Shown here: in pieces, positions 9,759 through 19,475 of the stretch
How positions within the stretch are numbered: position 1 is the stretch's first letter
How the letters are laid out: each line of letters opens with the position of its first letter
IMG/VR virus record: IMGVR_UViG_3300022879_000002
Coordinates: 1-64,000 of that record
Source: a virus
Direction: 5' to 3' (one strand)
Length of the DNA stretch: 64,000 bases
Translations under genes and position numbers: made by a program
Notes under the pieces: generated by a model
What the model was told of the DNA's origin: nothing
The model's database searches: none
The model's input: the letters and a program-made list of their open reading frames with translations, nothing else

Positions 9759-10175
9759 TTATGTATTTGTCTTGTTACTACCGTATGTAATCTCTGTCAG
9801 TACTCTAGGTTTATAATTTCTATTCTTCTGTTTATTAATAATTCCTCTTACATCACCTAATGTATTGTTGAAAATACTTATGTTTGGAAGCTTAGGTTTT
9901 AACTTATCATACGCACTTTTCATGACATCCAACATATCCTTAGCTTTCCTACGTTCATTTCTAACTATATGTAATTTGCGATATGCTTCGTAGCCCTTAT
10001 TAGCAGGTAAAGTTTCGAACTCAATATGATGTAATAAGTCTTCTTGTTCACGTTGTTTCTGATCAACCAATTGTGATAAATATTCCACCTCTTTTGGAAG
10101 CTTATCTAAGAAATCCCTTACAAATGCTAAATCCTTTTCAAACTGAATGACTTCTTTTAAAGTGTCTTTGGTCAA
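9759..10175 (-). CDS. Hypothetical coiled-coil phage protein
   Basis: QEDLLHHIEF...RNERRKAKD...YKPRVL. Confidence 0.8.
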   Translation of the reverse strand: MTKDTLKEVIQFEKDLAFVRDFLDKLPKEVEYLSQLVDQKQREQEDLLHHIEFETLPANKGYEAYRKLHIVRNERRKAKDMLDVMKSAYDKLKPKLPNISIFNNTLGDVRGIINKQKNRNYKPRVLTEITYGSNKTNT

Positions 10176-10176
10176 A

Positions 10177-10293
10177 TTAATTACCTAACTCTCGTTTGAG
10201 GTATTCCTCAAAAGTAATTCCTTCATCTTCACGAATATTGCCATTTACAAACTTATAACCAAAGTACTCTAACACTGAATCACTGATTTTCAT
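10177..10293 (-). CDS. 38-aa hypothetical protein
   Basis: Manual: MKISDSVLEYFGYKF...; RBS GGGAGA; follows promoter. Confidence 0.55.
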   Translation of the reverse strand: MKISDSVLEYFGYKFVNGNIREDEGITFEEYLKRELGN

Positions 10294-10325
10294 TTTCTCA
10301 TCTCCCTTACTTGTTGTATGATTTT

Positions 10326-10369
10326 ATTATATCATCAAGCTCTAATATTTCAAGTATTATTATGTATTT
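10326..10369 (-). promoter_or_regulatory. SigA-type promoter TTGAAA-16-(TGn)TATAAT with upstream TTATGTATTT box
   Basis: -10 at 10326-31, -35 at 10348-53, box at 10360. Confidence 0.7.
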
Positions 10370-10380
10370 ATTTAGTTAAT

Positions 10381-10764
10381 TTAATAGCCATCAATGTAAC
10401 TTACTTCAAAATACAGACCAATGTCATCTTCGCCATAAATAAACTGTAAATCAGAGTATTTACTGATCTTTTCTGCAATGTAATCCTTTGTGAACATGAA
10501 AATCCGTTCCAAATACCTCAAATCAAACGAAGTATAATATGCTTTATGGTACAGTTCAATTTCAAACTTAAATGACTCGTCACGTAAAGTATTAGCATTC
10601 AAATAATATCTAATTGCAGTTTTGTTGTTATCAGTAAATTCATTCTTAATATGCTGATAAAGATATTTATAAAAAGGTTTCTTGAATAATAAGTCTCTTA
10701 ATTTAACTTTTAACTTCTTCGTCTTTTTAATCCACTTGATTTTATTTCTGAACTGCATTAACAT
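10381..10764 (-). CDS. Hypothetical protein
   Basis: ORF track. Confidence 0.6.
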   Translation of the reverse strand: MLMQFRNKIKWIKKTKKLKVKLRDLLFKKPFYKYLYQHIKNEFTDNNKTAIRYYLNANTLRDESFKFEIELYHKAYYTSFDLRYLERIFMFTKDYIAEKISKYSDLQFIYGEDDIGLYFEVSYIDGY

Positions 10765-10776
10765 TCACCTTCCTTA

Positions 10777-10812
10777 GAATTGAGTAGAGGCAGAAAAACT
10801 GCCCCACTCAAA
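10777..10812 (-). terminator. Intrinsic terminator
   Basis: TTGAGTGGGGCAG/CTGCCTCTACTCAA stem after the 3D-domain gene. Confidence 0.7.
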
Positions 10813-10819
10813 TTTATAT

Positions 10820-11509
10820 TTACTTATTTAAAATAGTAACTAACAATTTTTGTCTACCTAATTTTCTTGCTTTCGTCAGTGAATCCACATAGATATCTAA
10901 ATGTCCTTCTACAATAGCACTGCCTCGATCTTCGCATATTCTATATCCGAATCCCTCAATATATATTTTCGTTCCAAAAGGAATAGACTTAGGACAAGCG
11001 ACTGTGCGCCCTTCCGAAACAGTCGTTCCACTAGCAGTTACTCCATATCCTATATCTCCAAGATTTTTACCTGTAGATTCCACTCCTGCTGTATAGAAAG
11101 TCACATTATAATAAGACTTGTCACCATTAGAAGCTTCCCCTCTACTTACTATTTTTTCTTGTCGCTGCTTCTTTAATTCTTCAATTCGTTTTTGTTCAGC
11201 TATCTTTTTAGCTTTTTCAATTTTTGCTAATCTAATTTTCTCTAACCTTTCTAAGCGTTGTCGTTCCAATTCCTCTAATCTTCTTTGCTCTTCTTCCTTT
11301 AAACGCTCAAACTCTTTTTTTATGTTATCGAAAGGTGGTACAAATCGATAAGCAGCTAACTTTTTCTCAACTTCATTAGAAGTGTATGTATGTACATTGC
11401 TACTGTCTTCTTTATGATTCTCTTGCATAGCTTTTGATGCAAATACTCCCCAACCAAGAGTACATAAGATAATTGTCGGAACTGTTACAGTCTTATTAAA
11501 CTTTTTCAT
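10820..11509 (-). CDS. Secreted/membrane 3D-domain protein (YorM-like, putative cell-wall enzyme)
   Basis: N-terminal TM, coiled coil, VTFYTAG...TASGT...VACPKSIPFGTKIYIEG.G....EDRG.AI...HLDIY. Confidence 0.88.
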   Translation of the reverse strand: MKKFNKTVTVPTIILCTLGWGVFASKAMQENHKEDSSNVHTYTSNEVEKKLAAYRFVPPFDNIKKEFERLKEEEQRRLEELERQRLERLEKIRLAKIEKAKKIAEQKRIEELKKQRQEKIVSRGEASNGDKSYYNVTFYTAGVESTGKNLGDIGYGVTASGTTVSEGRTVACPKSIPFGTKIYIEGFGYRICEDRGSAIVEGHLDIYVDSLTKARKLGRQKLLVTILNK

Positions 11510-11642
11510 TTATTCGCTTATTCTCTACAAACACATCTCATTCGAATCTCATATGACAATTATATAATTGTGCGATTCTCTTGCAGAAATAAACTCCCCT
11601 TCTTTCTACATTTTATGTATTTTGTTATATAAAATATGGTTT

Positions 11643-11828
11643 TTATTTAAGCTTTACACCCTTGTTTAGCATTTGAATATCAGCAACTATTCTTTTATAC
11701 TCAGGTTTATAAATTACATCATCACCATATCTGTAAAGAAGCACATCCTTCTCATTTTGAAGCTCATGTAACTTATTGTTCAATACTTCTAATCCACACA
11801 TACCTGTCATTCCTTTAATTCCTTTCAT
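11643..11828 (-). CDS. Hypothetical protein
   Basis: ORF track; stop lies inside a palindrome arm. Confidence 0.65.
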   Translation of the reverse strand: MKGIKGMTGMCGLEVLNNKLHELQNEKDVLLYRYGDDVIYKPEYKRIVADIQMLNKGVKLK

Positions 11829-11879
11829 CTTTAAATTCCTCTTTTCTATTTTTATATTTCCTTTTATAAAATCAAAATA

Positions 11880-12149
11880 TTATTTAAGTCTTACTTTAGT
11901 GTTCTGATTCCAACCGTGTTTTTCTAAGGTGCCAAAATCACCATTACATCTCATTTTACATCTACTACAACCCCAATTCTTACCTGTATCGAAAATCCAA
12001 CTTCCTCCAGTCGTATACCACTTGTGTCCATTAAATTTGCAGTACAGTCTTAATGGGTAGAATATAATTTGTACTAGCAAGTTAATCATATAGCTTACTA
12101 TCAGAAGTACTAATATAAATAACTGTTCAAAAATGCTCAAAATCATCAA
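11880..12149 (-). CDS. Small membrane protein with Cys/His cluster
   Basis: TM plus CKFNGH...CSRC. Confidence 0.7.
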   Translation of the reverse strand: MMILSIFEQLFILVLLIVSYMINLLVQIIFYPLRLYCKFNGHKWYTTGGSWIFDTGKNWGCSRCKMRCNGDFGTLEKHGWNQNTKVRLK

Positions 12150-12178
12150 GCCCTTTCGATAATATTGTCATTTTATAA

Positions 12179-12487
12179 TTAAAGTAGCTCACTATCGAAC
12201 CTAATATCGCTAACCTCTACTTTTTCAATGACAGGTTTGTCATTTTCGTCGATACCAATAACATTATCTTTTGTTAATTTAACCTCTAGAGATTCAGCAT
12301 TAGCCTTCATGATGCTTAGCTTAGTCTTTTCAAAATGTATCTGTAGCTCTAATGCATAGCGATATAGTTGAGAGTTATAGTCATCTAACTTTTGAATTTC
12401 TACTGTCTTATTGATTAATCCATTTAATCCTAAAATTAATTCTTGATAATATTTATTTTCGATTGTTTCTTCTTTAAATAATGTCAT
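12179..12487 (-). CDS. Hypothetical protein
   Basis: ORF with RBS GAGGAG. Confidence 0.7.
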   Translation of the reverse strand: MTLFKEETIENKYYQELILGLNGLINKTVEIQKLDDYNSQLYRYALELQIHFEKTKLSIMKANAESLEVKLTKDNVIGIDENDKPVIEKVEVSDIRFDSELL

Positions 12488-12521
12488 TTAATTACTCCTC
12501 TAGCGTAAGTCGCTACCTATT

Positions 12522-12755
12522 TTATTTTTGTGTATCTTTACTTAATACTTTCAACTTAATACCTTCTGGCAACATTAAAAACTCTGCATTATTTTCTAAT
12601 GACTGTTTAATAATCTCATAGAATTTACCAGCTATCTCTATTGTCATTTCTTTAGGGTAACTAACAAGTAAAGTATCGTCATTTGTTAATACAATGGTAC
12701 TTTCTTCCATTGTTTCACCATGGATATCTTTAAGTATTAAATTAATGTTTGACAT
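12522..12755 (-). CDS. Hypothetical protein
   Basis: ORF track. Confidence 0.7.
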   Translation of the reverse strand: MSNINLILKDIHGETMEESTIVLTNDDTLLVSYPKEMTIEIAGKFYEIIKQSLENNAEFLMLPEGIKLKVLSKDTQK

Positions 12756-12774
12756 GTCCCATCACTCCAATTAT

Positions 12775-13143
12775 TTAAATTAGCATTAATCCTAAAATTA
12801 TTATTAATATTGTGATTGCTGAATCTAAGTATGTAATATATTCTTTTTTCTTTTTGTTAATAAAATATATGATATAGCTTTGAATGGTAATAAGTAAGGC
12901 AATAAGCCAATACTGTGTAAAGAATAGGATACCCAATATTATGATATAGCCGTATTCAAACAAGATATAAGCAATGTATCTTTTATTATTTAGAAATAAT
13001 TCTCCTGCTTGAATCATTTCTAAACTATGTCTCTCTTTTCCTTTAAGACTTTTAATTGTATCTAATACTAATTTGAATTCATCCAACTTGAACGCTCTAA
13101 AAATCTCATAAACAATAATTAAAGCTAATAATGTAAATGGCAT
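12775..13143 (-). CDS. Membrane protein
   Basis: Several hydrophobic helices. Confidence 0.7.
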   Translation of the reverse strand: MPFTLLALIIVYEIFRAFKLDEFKLVLDTIKSLKGKERHSLEMIQAGELFLNNKRYIAYILFEYGYIIILGILFFTQYWLIALLITIQSYIIYFINKKKKEYITYLDSAITILIIILGLMLI

Positions 13144-13155
13144 CTATTCATCTCC

Positions 13156-13380
13156 CTATTTTCGTCTAATTATATTCTTGTATTTAGGCTTACGATTTTC
13201 AGCTAACTTTTCATACTTTACTTTCCATGTACTGATCACACGTTTAAGTTGTTTAATCTGCCTATTCTTATTTACGAGCTGTTTCTTGAGGTGAAAATTT
13301 TCAGCTTCCACCTTTTTATAGTGTTCCCATACATTCTGTTCGGTTACTGTTTTCCCATCTTGCATAAGACTCAACTCCAT
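13156..13380 (-). CDS. Hypothetical coiled-coil protein
   Basis: ORF track. Confidence 0.65.
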   Translation of the reverse strand: MELSLMQDGKTVTEQNVWEHYKKVEAENFHLKKQLVNKNRQIKQLKRVISTWKVKYEKLAENRKPKYKNIIRRK

Positions 13381-13635
13381 TTATGTATTTTTAAATTTTA
13401 ATGCAAATTTACCGATTATTAATTCTTTGTCTTTCCATCTAAAACCTATTTTCTCCTTCGTATCATGTTCATACCAAAATGTTTCACAAACAGCGATCAT
13501 AAATAACATTTTATAATTCATCACTGGAGCAATAGTTTTAATAATTTCACCGTCTGTATCTTTTGAATTATAAGAAATAAAGCCATTCCCTTTAATCAAA
13601 CGCTTTTTCCTATTTAAAACTTCCAAATTTATCAC
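13381..13635 (-). CDS. Hypothetical protein
   Basis: ORF track. Confidence 0.65.
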   Translation of the reverse strand: MINLEVLNRKKRLIKGNGFISYNSKDTDGEIIKTIAPVMNYKMLFMIAVCETFWYEHDTKEKIGFRWKDKELIIGKFALKFKNT

Positions 13636-13655
13636 CTTTCTATAATACTAATCTT

Positions 13656-13922
13656 TTATTTAACATCATCAAACATGACTGTATTAAACCTCTTGTCAGG
13701 CAATTCAACAAATGAAACAACTGAACTACTTCTGCCTACATAAATCTCTTTAACTGTTAATTCCTGACCTTTTGTAAAATACTTATTAGCGTACTCTACA
13801 TCAGAATCCCAACCATTCTCACCAAGATAAACAACTTTTCTTCCTAGCGGTGATTCACCATCTAAATGTCTATCATTCATATCAATACGACTATACATAT
13901 CAATTCCACCAGTTAATTTCAT
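13656..13922 (-). CDS. Hypothetical phage protein
   Basis: RBS GAGGAGG. Confidence 0.75.
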   Translation of the reverse strand: MKLTGGIDMYSRIDMNDRHLDGESPLGRKVVYLGENGWDSDVEYANKYFTKGQELTVKEIYVGRSSSVVSFVELPDKRFNTVMFDDVK

Positions 13923-13937
13923 CCTTAGTCCTCCTCA

Positions 13938-14105
13938 TTACTCAGGTATAATACATTTTATTAATTCTTTTTTTAATTCGAAAATAAACATATCTTTGTT
14001 TAATTCATCTACCATCTCTTGTGAAGCCTCAACGGCATCATCATACTTATTAAATGATCCATAGAAATTGTCGTTTTCATCGTAAATCTTGTAAGTAGTT
14101 GTCAA
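13938..14105 (-). CDS. 55-aa hypothetical protein
   Basis: Manual: TTG start, RBS GGAGG, MTTTYKIYDENDNFYGSF... Confidence 0.6.
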   Translation of the reverse strand: MTTTYKIYDENDNFYGSFNKYDDAVEASQEMVDELNKDMFIFELKKELIKCIIPE

Positions 14106-14141
14106 AAAATCAAATCCTCCTAATTTAATAATAGTGTGATT

Positions 14142-14549
14142 TTATTTAGCAACTTCAATGTTAATTCCTGCATTTTTGATAATTCCCATCTCTTCGATTG
14201 AAATTCCTTCCTTAACTAACTCCCAACCATAATGAGTTACGCCATAATAAGCATCTGAAATATCGGCATCTTCATCATTCATTTCACCTTTAAGGCGAAT
14301 CATTTTCTCTTTAAATGTCTCAGTTCCAATGACATTGAATTTGTCATCATAAATATCATAAGTCTCATTATCTTCTTCGTTGTATTTATATGAATTGTAT
14401 AATCCACTTCCATTAATCTCTGGTTCAGATTTAATATACTGATATACCTGTTCATCATCTGTAGCTACTAAGTATGTAATAATACCTTCTTTTCCATCTT
14501 TCGGTGCATAGTGTGTAAAATTTATAGCGTATAAGTTCATATCATTCAT
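14142..14549 (-). CDS. Hypothetical phage protein
   Basis: ORF with RBS. Confidence 0.75.
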   Translation of the reverse strand: MNDMNLYAINFTHYAPKDGKEGIITYLVATDDEQVYQYIKSEPEINGSGLYNSYKYNEEDNETYDIYDDKFNVIGTETFKEKMIRLKGEMNDEDADISDAYYGVTHYGWELVKEGISIEEMGIIKNAGINIEVAK

Positions 14550-14566
14550 CTCCTAACATTTATTTT

Positions 14567-14818
14567 TCAAACTAAATCAATAAGTGCTTCTGGATAACCA
14601 TGAGTCAATCCTATAATTTTTACTTTACTATTCATTACATGTACTAGATCATCTGAATAAGCATTAATGTAAAACTGTTCTTTAGCATCAAATGAGAGTG
14701 ATGGAATAGAGATTACTTCTTTAATCCCTTCTGCTTCAATACCAACAAATACAAATGGTGAACCTACTGTACGTGCACCTTTAAATGTGTTTTTTAAATT
14801 CTGTTTTGTTAATGTCAT
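14567..14818 (-). CDS. Hypothetical phage protein
   Basis: RBS GGAGG. Confidence 0.75.
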   Translation of the reverse strand: MTLTKQNLKNTFKGARTVGSPFVFVGIEAEGIKEVISIPSLSFDAKEQFYINAYSDDLVHVMNSKVKIIGLTHGYPEALIDLV

Positions 14819-14870
14819 GAATATATTCCTCCTAATATTTTTATTGATATGCGTGTTTATTTAACTTTGT

Positions 14871-15287
14871 CTAACTAAAATAACCCCATTCAATCCATTC
14901 AATTTCCTCTACATTTTTAATTCCTAATTCTTTAGCGTATACCTTTGCAACTTCATCTAAATCTTTTACCTTAGTATCTGGATATAACTTAGCGATATGG
15001 GTATGATCAAAAGTCAAATAAGATTCATCATCATAATTGATGTCAAGTAAATAATCGATATCTTCTAGATGCTCAGTAATTAAACTGTAATCTTCATCTT
15101 CAATAGCTTCTTCCATACTAGAAATGAACTCTTTCCAAGTAGGTCGATGACTGTATCGAACATCTACTTTTTCTTCTAATTTATCTTTATATTTTTCTCG
15201 TAAATAATCTAAATCCCACTCAATTTCACTAACTTCAGCACCTCCATATAAATAACTTGCATCTACTCCCACTATTAATTCCTCCAA
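14871..15287 (-). CDS. Hypothetical acidic protein
   Basis: ORF track. Confidence 0.75.
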   Translation of the reverse strand: MEELIVGVDASYLYGGAEVSEIEWDLDYLREKYKDKLEEKVDVRYSHRPTWKEFISSMEEAIEDEDYSLITEHLEDIDYLLDINYDDESYLTFDHTHIAKLYPDTKVKDLDEVAKVYAKELGIKNVEEIEWIEWGYFS

Positions 15288-15319
15288 TTGTTTATGTATT
15301 TTTAAATAAAAGATGAATA

Positions 15320-15601
15320 TTAATTAACTCCTGTTTTAGCAAATTCCTCAACAGAATCTAAATAGTCACCAAGCTTATCATCAAATTGCAGGGAGTTGAG
15401 TGAAGCTTTTAAATATGGTAATTCTTTTTTATGACGCTTCTTTAATACTGTTTTGTTAGTGTACTTTAAAGCTGTTTCTAAAAGATCAATTCTATTTTTC
15501 AGATGATTCGCCATAGTCTTTTTAACATTTTTAAATGATTCTCCGATGGTGTTACCACTTAATTGAGTTGATTTAGCAAATGAAATAATTTCTTTATTCA
15601 T
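15320..15601 (-). CDS. Hypothetical protein
   Basis: RBS AAGGAG. Confidence 0.7.
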   Translation of the reverse strand: MNKEIISFAKSTQLSGNTIGESFKNVKKTMANHLKNRIDLLETALKYTNKTVLKKRHKKELPYLKASLNSLQFDDKLGDYLDSVEEFAKTGVN

Positions 15602-15645
15602 ATTTATTCTCCTTTTGATTTTATATTTTTAATAATCTATTCCTA

Positions 15646-15867
15646 TTATTTAATCTTAAAATTTGCATGTTTCTTACTTAATTGTTCAAACACACCCCTT
15701 GCTTCTTTCAGTTTACAAATCGTCTCCTTATAAGCTTGTTTCTTTTGTCCATCTAATCTTCCAATTACACTGATTGTTATTTGATCTTGTTGTTGAGAGA
15801 AAGTCGTTTTTCCATCAGCAACTACGCTATTACATTTTTCACAACGATATTCTTTTGTTATTTTCAT
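15646..15867 (-). CDS. Hypothetical protein with CxxC
   Basis: YRCEKC. Confidence 0.7.
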   Translation of the reverse strand: MKITKEYRCEKCNSVVADGKTTFSQQQDQITISVIGRLDGQKKQAYKETICKLKEARGVFEQLSKKHANFKIK

Positions 15868-15915
15868 AACGAATATCCCCTTTGATTTTGTATTTTCTTT
15901 TATAATAGGTTTCTT

Positions 15916-16167
15916 TTATTTAATGTTTAATTTGAGCTTGTCTTCTTCAAAATTACTAATACTACGTTCAATGTTCTCTTTTCCATATGGACTTAAGTGA
16001 ATAAAATTAATATCTTCAATTTCATCTTTTTCTATATTGTCTAAATAATGCAATTTACCATTTAAGTCATAAGCATATGCACAATTATCTTTTATCTCCA
16101 TTACTAGTAATTCTTCGCCATAGTCATAATATATACCTAACCCAACAACATCATTTTCTTTTAGCAT
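15916..16167 (-). CDS. Hypothetical acidic protein
   Basis: RBS GGAGG. Confidence 0.7.
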   Translation of the reverse strand: MLKENDVVGLGIYYDYGEELLVMEIKDNCAYAYDLNGKLHYLDNIEKDEIEDINFIHLSPYGKENIERSISNFEEDKLKLNIK

Positions 16168-16231
16168 TTAACCATTCCTCCGTTTTAAATAATATTTAAT
16201 TTTTATTAAAACTTTTATGTATTTTACAATT

Positions 16232-18526
16232 TTACGCTACTTCTAATTCAACTTCTCGCTTTTCTGCCCAAGTTGTTTCAGTGATCTCCAAGTCAACTAC
16301 AACAGGTACTTTCATCCAATCTACGTCTTCCATGATTCTTTTAATATGAGGGAAAATCCATTCTTCACCTTCATAAACTAAGAATTGTAATTCATCATGA
16401 ATGTTGGCTGAAGGTAATGTTTTGCAATTATTTTCTTTTAGGAAATCTCCAATTTTAATGATGTAGCTCTTTAAACAATCTGCACATGATCCTTGAACCA
16501 AATAATTTCCTACCTTATAGGCTTTATCTGTATTTGATAAATAGTATACTCGACCATGCATATTTGTTGCATAATTATTTTTTTGAACTTTATTTGCTAC
16601 TTGCTTTTGATAATAAGCAACTTCAGGGAAAGTGCTTGACCAACCTGATACTAAGGCATTTGCAATCTCCATTGAAACTTCAAGTGCTTCTGAGGCTTTT
16701 CTTGCACCGCCCCCATAGTTCCGCATGAAGTTAAACATCTTACCGATATATCGCCAAAACTTCTTAAATGACTTTTCATCAACGTCTGTCTCTTTATCAT
16801 GTGAATACTGCTTATACTTATCTACGCATTTATACATTAAAGCAACTAAAGTATTATGAGAAGTTTCACTGTGTACATCTGTAGGAGTCCAGTGCGATTC
16901 TCCATCCTCTAACAACCATACTGAGTCACCATCAGGAGTTTTTTCTGACCAACGCTGCCTACCTTGTTTTGTTTCAAACTCGTATTCTTCACCTGTAATA
17001 TAATGCTTACATTTAAATGGCATGTACGCTCTACATAGGTTTAAATCTGGTCTTCCTAATAAAACTGTGTAATTTGCTTGTGCCCGTAACTCAATTTGAG
17101 ACAAGTCAAAATAAGCAATTGCTGAATATTTCCCGCCTCTAACTGTAAATGCTCGTCTAGGAGAGAATAATTCCAACTCTACAGGGGCTTTACCTTCTCC
17201 ATGTTCCTTTTCATAACGTTCCCCTTCCTCCGTTAGAATCCTCTCTTTAGGAAATTGTTGAGCATCTGATCCTAACCGTCCTGATACTGTATTAAATTGA
17301 CCGTATTGAGTATAAAAATTACCATCAAACTCTGCTACTTCAATAATTCGACTAATATATGTAGACTGCCATTTCTCTAGTCTTCTTAAACGGCTAATAA
17401 GCTGACTAACACGATCATCTTTATGTTTCTTTAGAAAAGCTTTATCTGTTGATAAAGGACGTTCACCTAGTAGTTTTTCGAAATAATCACCGATAACTTT
17501 TTCTTGTGATACAGTGCAATATTCACCAACGTTTTCCCACAATTCTTCATACAGCATTTGGATTTCGTTATCGCATTTGATAAAGGATTCTTGAAGGTAA
17601 TTCATATCGACAGGCATTCCTACTCGTTCCATTTTTAATAGTTCAACCATTAACTTATTTTCTTGCTCTAGCAATTCCTTTTGTTTACGTTGCAGTACTA
17701 CGGGGTAGAATTTTTCTACAATTTCTAATGTAAAAATACCATCACTATGTACATATTCGGTCATTGTTTCTTTATTTACCTCTGAATAGTTAGCGAATGG
17801 ATAATCCCTCATCCAGTTTGTGTATAGCTCATCGATTTCTTGAGGTATACCAAGCCAACGTTGCTTACGCTCTTTAGTAAACAACTCCATATCTCCACGT
17901 TTTTTAACCTTGTAAATTTCTTTTAATTTTCCTATACCCCAACCCTTATGAGCTTTAAGTGACTCTTTAAGGACACTACGTTTTTCATCGTTAATTCGTC
18001 GCAAATCAACTTTAATTTCTTTTTCAAATTCCGATGCTCGTGGATCAATGTATTTTTCAGTAACCTTCTTTAACCCCAGTAAGTCTCCGCCATCTCTAGC
18101 AGAAATAGCTTCAAAAGATAAGCGACAAATACCCATTGTATCAGTTAGGTTTTTTAGACTATAAACCGTTTCAGCAGGAACTCCACCGTTGATAAGCATA
18201 TTTAAATCGTACTTAAAGTTATGACCTACAAACATTTGTAGTCGTTTCGATAATTCTATAACTTTGTTAAGTAGCAGAGAGTCCTGACTAAATGCAAATA
18301 CTCTACCTTTGAAGTCTTCTGTTTGATGCTTTTTCGGAAGCATCCATCCGAACACCCACATGAACGGTTTATCTTTTATGATATGTAATCCAGTAGTCTC
18401 TGCATCGAGAACTCCTAGCTTTGGTAAGTCTTTATTAAATAACTCCTCAATTTCTTCAAAACTATCTGCCCAATATTTTTTGTATTTCTTTGTTATATCT
18501 GTTTCTAGTTTAGGAGTAACTAGCAT
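16232..18526 (-). CDS. polA: Family A DNA polymerase with 3'-5' exonuclease
   Basis: Exo I LDAETTG, Exo II HNFKYD; motif A FDLSQIELR, motif B KMFNFMRNYG, motif C NIHDEL. Confidence 0.93.
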   Translation of the reverse strand: MLVTPKLETDITKKYKKYWADSFEEIEELFNKDLPKLGVLDAETTGLHIIKDKPFMWVFGWMLPKKHQTEDFKGRVFAFSQDSLLLNKVIELSKRLQMFVGHNFKYDLNMLINGGVPAETVYSLKNLTDTMGICRLSFEAISARDGGDLLGLKKVTEKYIDPRASEFEKEIKVDLRRINDEKRSVLKESLKAHKGWGIGKLKEIYKVKKRGDMELFTKERKQRWLGIPQEIDELYTNWMRDYPFANYSEVNKETMTEYVHSDGIFTLEIVEKFYPVVLQRKQKELLEQENKLMVELLKMERVGMPVDMNYLQESFIKCDNEIQMLYEELWENVGEYCTVSQEKVIGDYFEKLLGERPLSTDKAFLKKHKDDRVSQLISRLRRLEKWQSTYISRIIEVAEFDGNFYTQYGQFNTVSGRLGSDAQQFPKERILTEEGERYEKEHGEGKAPVELELFSPRRAFTVRGGKYSAIAYFDLSQIELRAQANYTVLLGRPDLNLCRAYMPFKCKHYITGEEYEFETKQGRQRWSEKTPDGDSVWLLEDGESHWTPTDVHSETSHNTLVALMYKCVDKYKQYSHDKETDVDEKSFKKFWRYIGKMFNFMRNYGGGARKASEALEVSMEIANALVSGWSSTFPEVAYYQKQVANKVQKNNYATNMHGRVYYLSNTDKAYKVGNYLVQGSCADCLKSYIIKIGDFLKENNCKTLPSANIHDELQFLVYEGEEWIFPHIKRIMEDVDWMKVPVVVDLEITETTWAEKREVELEVA

Positions 18527-18543
18527 TTCCTCACCTCTTTCTT

Positions 18544-19461
18544 TTAAAACTCTAGGACAGCGTATTCTTCAAACTTTTTGTTCGTCTTAAATGTCTTATT
18601 ATCAGGAGTCCATAAGCTATAATAACTACATAACTCTTGCGTATAAAAAGGTGCATTAGGATTAGTCACAGAGAAATCGCACCAATGACACAATGGCGTT
18701 GCTTTAGGAGCGTATAAACCTGTTTTTTCTGCTTCAAATATAGAATCTAATATCTTATTCAACTTTTTCAATCCACGTTTATAATAACCTTTTGTACATG
18801 CTAACTGTTTCTCACCTAGTAAAATCATATCGTACATAAATTCTACTGGAGTTTTACCGAAAATGTTTTCACAAGCTAAAGCGTAAATAAACATTTGCAA
18901 AGGAGTAGTTAAATCTTTATCTTCATACACCTTATTTGATGATTTATAATCGACTACTCGTAACTTCCCTTTATCGTTAATGTCAATTCGATCAATGAAT
19001 CCATTAAGGATTACTTTTCCCTCATATTCAAAGTTGAAGTTAATCTCAACCGCTAGAGGTTTCCATTGCTCACCAATCGAATCATTTTCGAGGTAATACA
19101 AAAAGGTTTTCAATTTATCTTCGTAACTTAAATTACTTTTTGTATTTACTTCAAAAAATGTATCTTCTCCGAATTTTTCTTTGATGGCATTTACACCAAT
19201 AATAAAATTTCCTTTATCCTTATCTGTATCTTCTGCAATTCCTTTTAAATACACTTCTTTTAAATAAGCGTAATCATTGGGTATACCCTCAATTATGTTT
19301 CTATATTTTATTTCCAATACTTTATGTAATAAGTTTCCTAAATCCAAGTGAACTGCATCGGACTGTACATAGTTACCATCTACGTATTTGTACTTGTATT
19401 TCATTGGACACTGTACAAATGTATCCAACTTACTGTAACTGAATTTTGGTAAATTACTCAA
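18544..19461 (-). CDS. PD-(D/E)XK nuclease with Fe-S cysteines (AddB/Cas4-like)
   Basis: FSYSKLDTFVQCP, GFIDRID, VVDYKS, CHWCDF...C. Confidence 0.88.
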   Translation of the reverse strand: MSNLPKFSYSKLDTFVQCPMKYKYKYVDGNYVQSDAVHLDLGNLLHKVLEIKYRNIIEGIPNDYAYLKEVYLKGIAEDTDKDKGNFIIGVNAIKEKFGEDTFFEVNTKSNLSYEDKLKTFLYYLENDSIGEQWKPLAVEINFNFEYEGKVILNGFIDRIDINDKGKLRVVDYKSSNKVYEDKDLTTPLQMFIYALACENIFGKTPVEFMYDMILLGEKQLACTKGYYKRGLKKLNKILDSIFEAEKTGLYAPKATPLCHWCDFSVTNPNAPFYTQELCSYYSLWTPDNKTFKTNKKFEEYAVLEF

Positions 19462-19475
19462 GTTACCTCTCCAAT

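Noticed and set aside
18544-19461. Cas4 implying CRISPR adaptation
   Set aside because: No cas1, cas2 or array; sits in the replication operon, so better read as a phage exonuclease
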